A stretch of 64,000 bases of DNA from Euprymna scolopes (Eukaryota), in assembly GCA_053919585.1 (NCBI GenBank), contig CM132784.1; one strand, 5' to 3'. Made by a program: the position numbers and the translations under genes. The notes under the pieces were generated by a model that did no database searches, was not told the origin of the DNA, and was given only the letters and a program-made list of their open reading frames with translations. This document shows, piece after piece, positions 63,015 to 64,000 of this stretch; positions within the stretch are counted from its first letter, which is position 1; every line of letters begins with the position of its first letter.

Positions 63015-64000
63015 TTCTCTTTTTTTTCTTTGCCATATTTGCTCCCGTCTTTTTGAAAAGCTTTTAAGTAGTTGTGATATTAACTTTGACAAAAGTATTC
63101 AATTTTGGCAAGAGGAGTGGATGTTAAACAAAATTTTTTTTTTTTTACATTAAATCGTGCGTTTCACCTCCACACACATACTACCACCACCACTGCATAC
63201 AGTTATGTACTATCGCTGTATTTTCCCCTGCACCCCCAACATGCTATACTGAAATCGTTTGCTGAAGCTATCAACAAATTTAAACGCTTATCAGACTGGT
63301 TGTATTTTAAGAAAAAATATTAGACATCACTTTTTAGTTCAGCTAAAACAGTAAAATTTTTGAAAATTTATAAAATGCCGTGAAAGAAATATTAGACGTG
63401 ATAAAAGCAGATACAATTAGCACAAATGTTATTTCTGCAGTTTAGTTCTTTGTACAAAACAAATTGCAGAAGAATAGTCTGTCGCTTTGAGGTATAAAAT
63501 AATCTGCCTTTTATATTGAGATTGTGTGATTAGAGTAAGACTTTAGAAATGTTTTGGGGTGGGGAGTAAAAAATTTATGCTGTTGTTGACAATGCTCTCA
63601 AAATACAAATAAAATGTTGAAAAATATTAATTGCATAATACAATCGTATCCGACAAGATTGAATTTTAAAACCTTTTTGAATGTGTGATGGGTCAAAATG
63701 ATAAAGCAAAAGCATAGGTGTCCTTTTGAATTTGCTTTCTACTTGTATACTTATAGACAAGCTTGTTATAACAAAAACTTCTGTCGTGATTTACCTATAC
63801 ACTATCCCCCCCCCCCCCCGGGCAGCCACACGCCTTTTCTTTCTCTCTCCTAATTGCCCAGTTAAATGGTGAAATACTGAGGTTTGCATTAATTTTTAAC
63901 ACCTTATGTCAACTTTCTGATTAACTTATAAAATAGCTTTTTGATATTTCACATAAGCTCCAAGTGGAAAGTTTGCAAAAAAAAAATGTTTAAAATTTCT

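Overview
AT-rich eukaryotic (animal) DNA, very likely from a lophotrochozoan protostome. The window holds the 3' ~900 codons of a multi-exon PPP4R1 gene (protein phosphatase 4 regulatory subunit 1, HEAT repeats) on the + strand. I traced 16 phase-consistent GT-AG exons from 3273 to a stop at 60858; they total 2697 nt in one open frame, and the 5' exons lie upstream of the window. The intron at 4035-13126 carries a mir-71/mir-2 cluster with one mir-71 and eight mir-2 hairpins. The host mRNA itself contains four perfect miR-2 8mer (K-box) sites, three in the CDS and one just after the stop codon, suggesting host-gene feedback. The ~19-kb last intron precedes a 3-codon terminal exon and is a nested TE stack. 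A decayed I/Nimb-like LINE is interrupted by a young 7.6-kb Sola2-like DNA transposon (~725-bp TIRs, TATA TSD) and by a second LINE (12-bp TSD), which itself carries a short poly(A) insertion. Other introns hold decayed LINEs, a maT/mariner remnant, Helitron-like elements, a U2 snRNA-like fragment and simple repeats. Family and orthology calls come from recalled motifs, not database searches.
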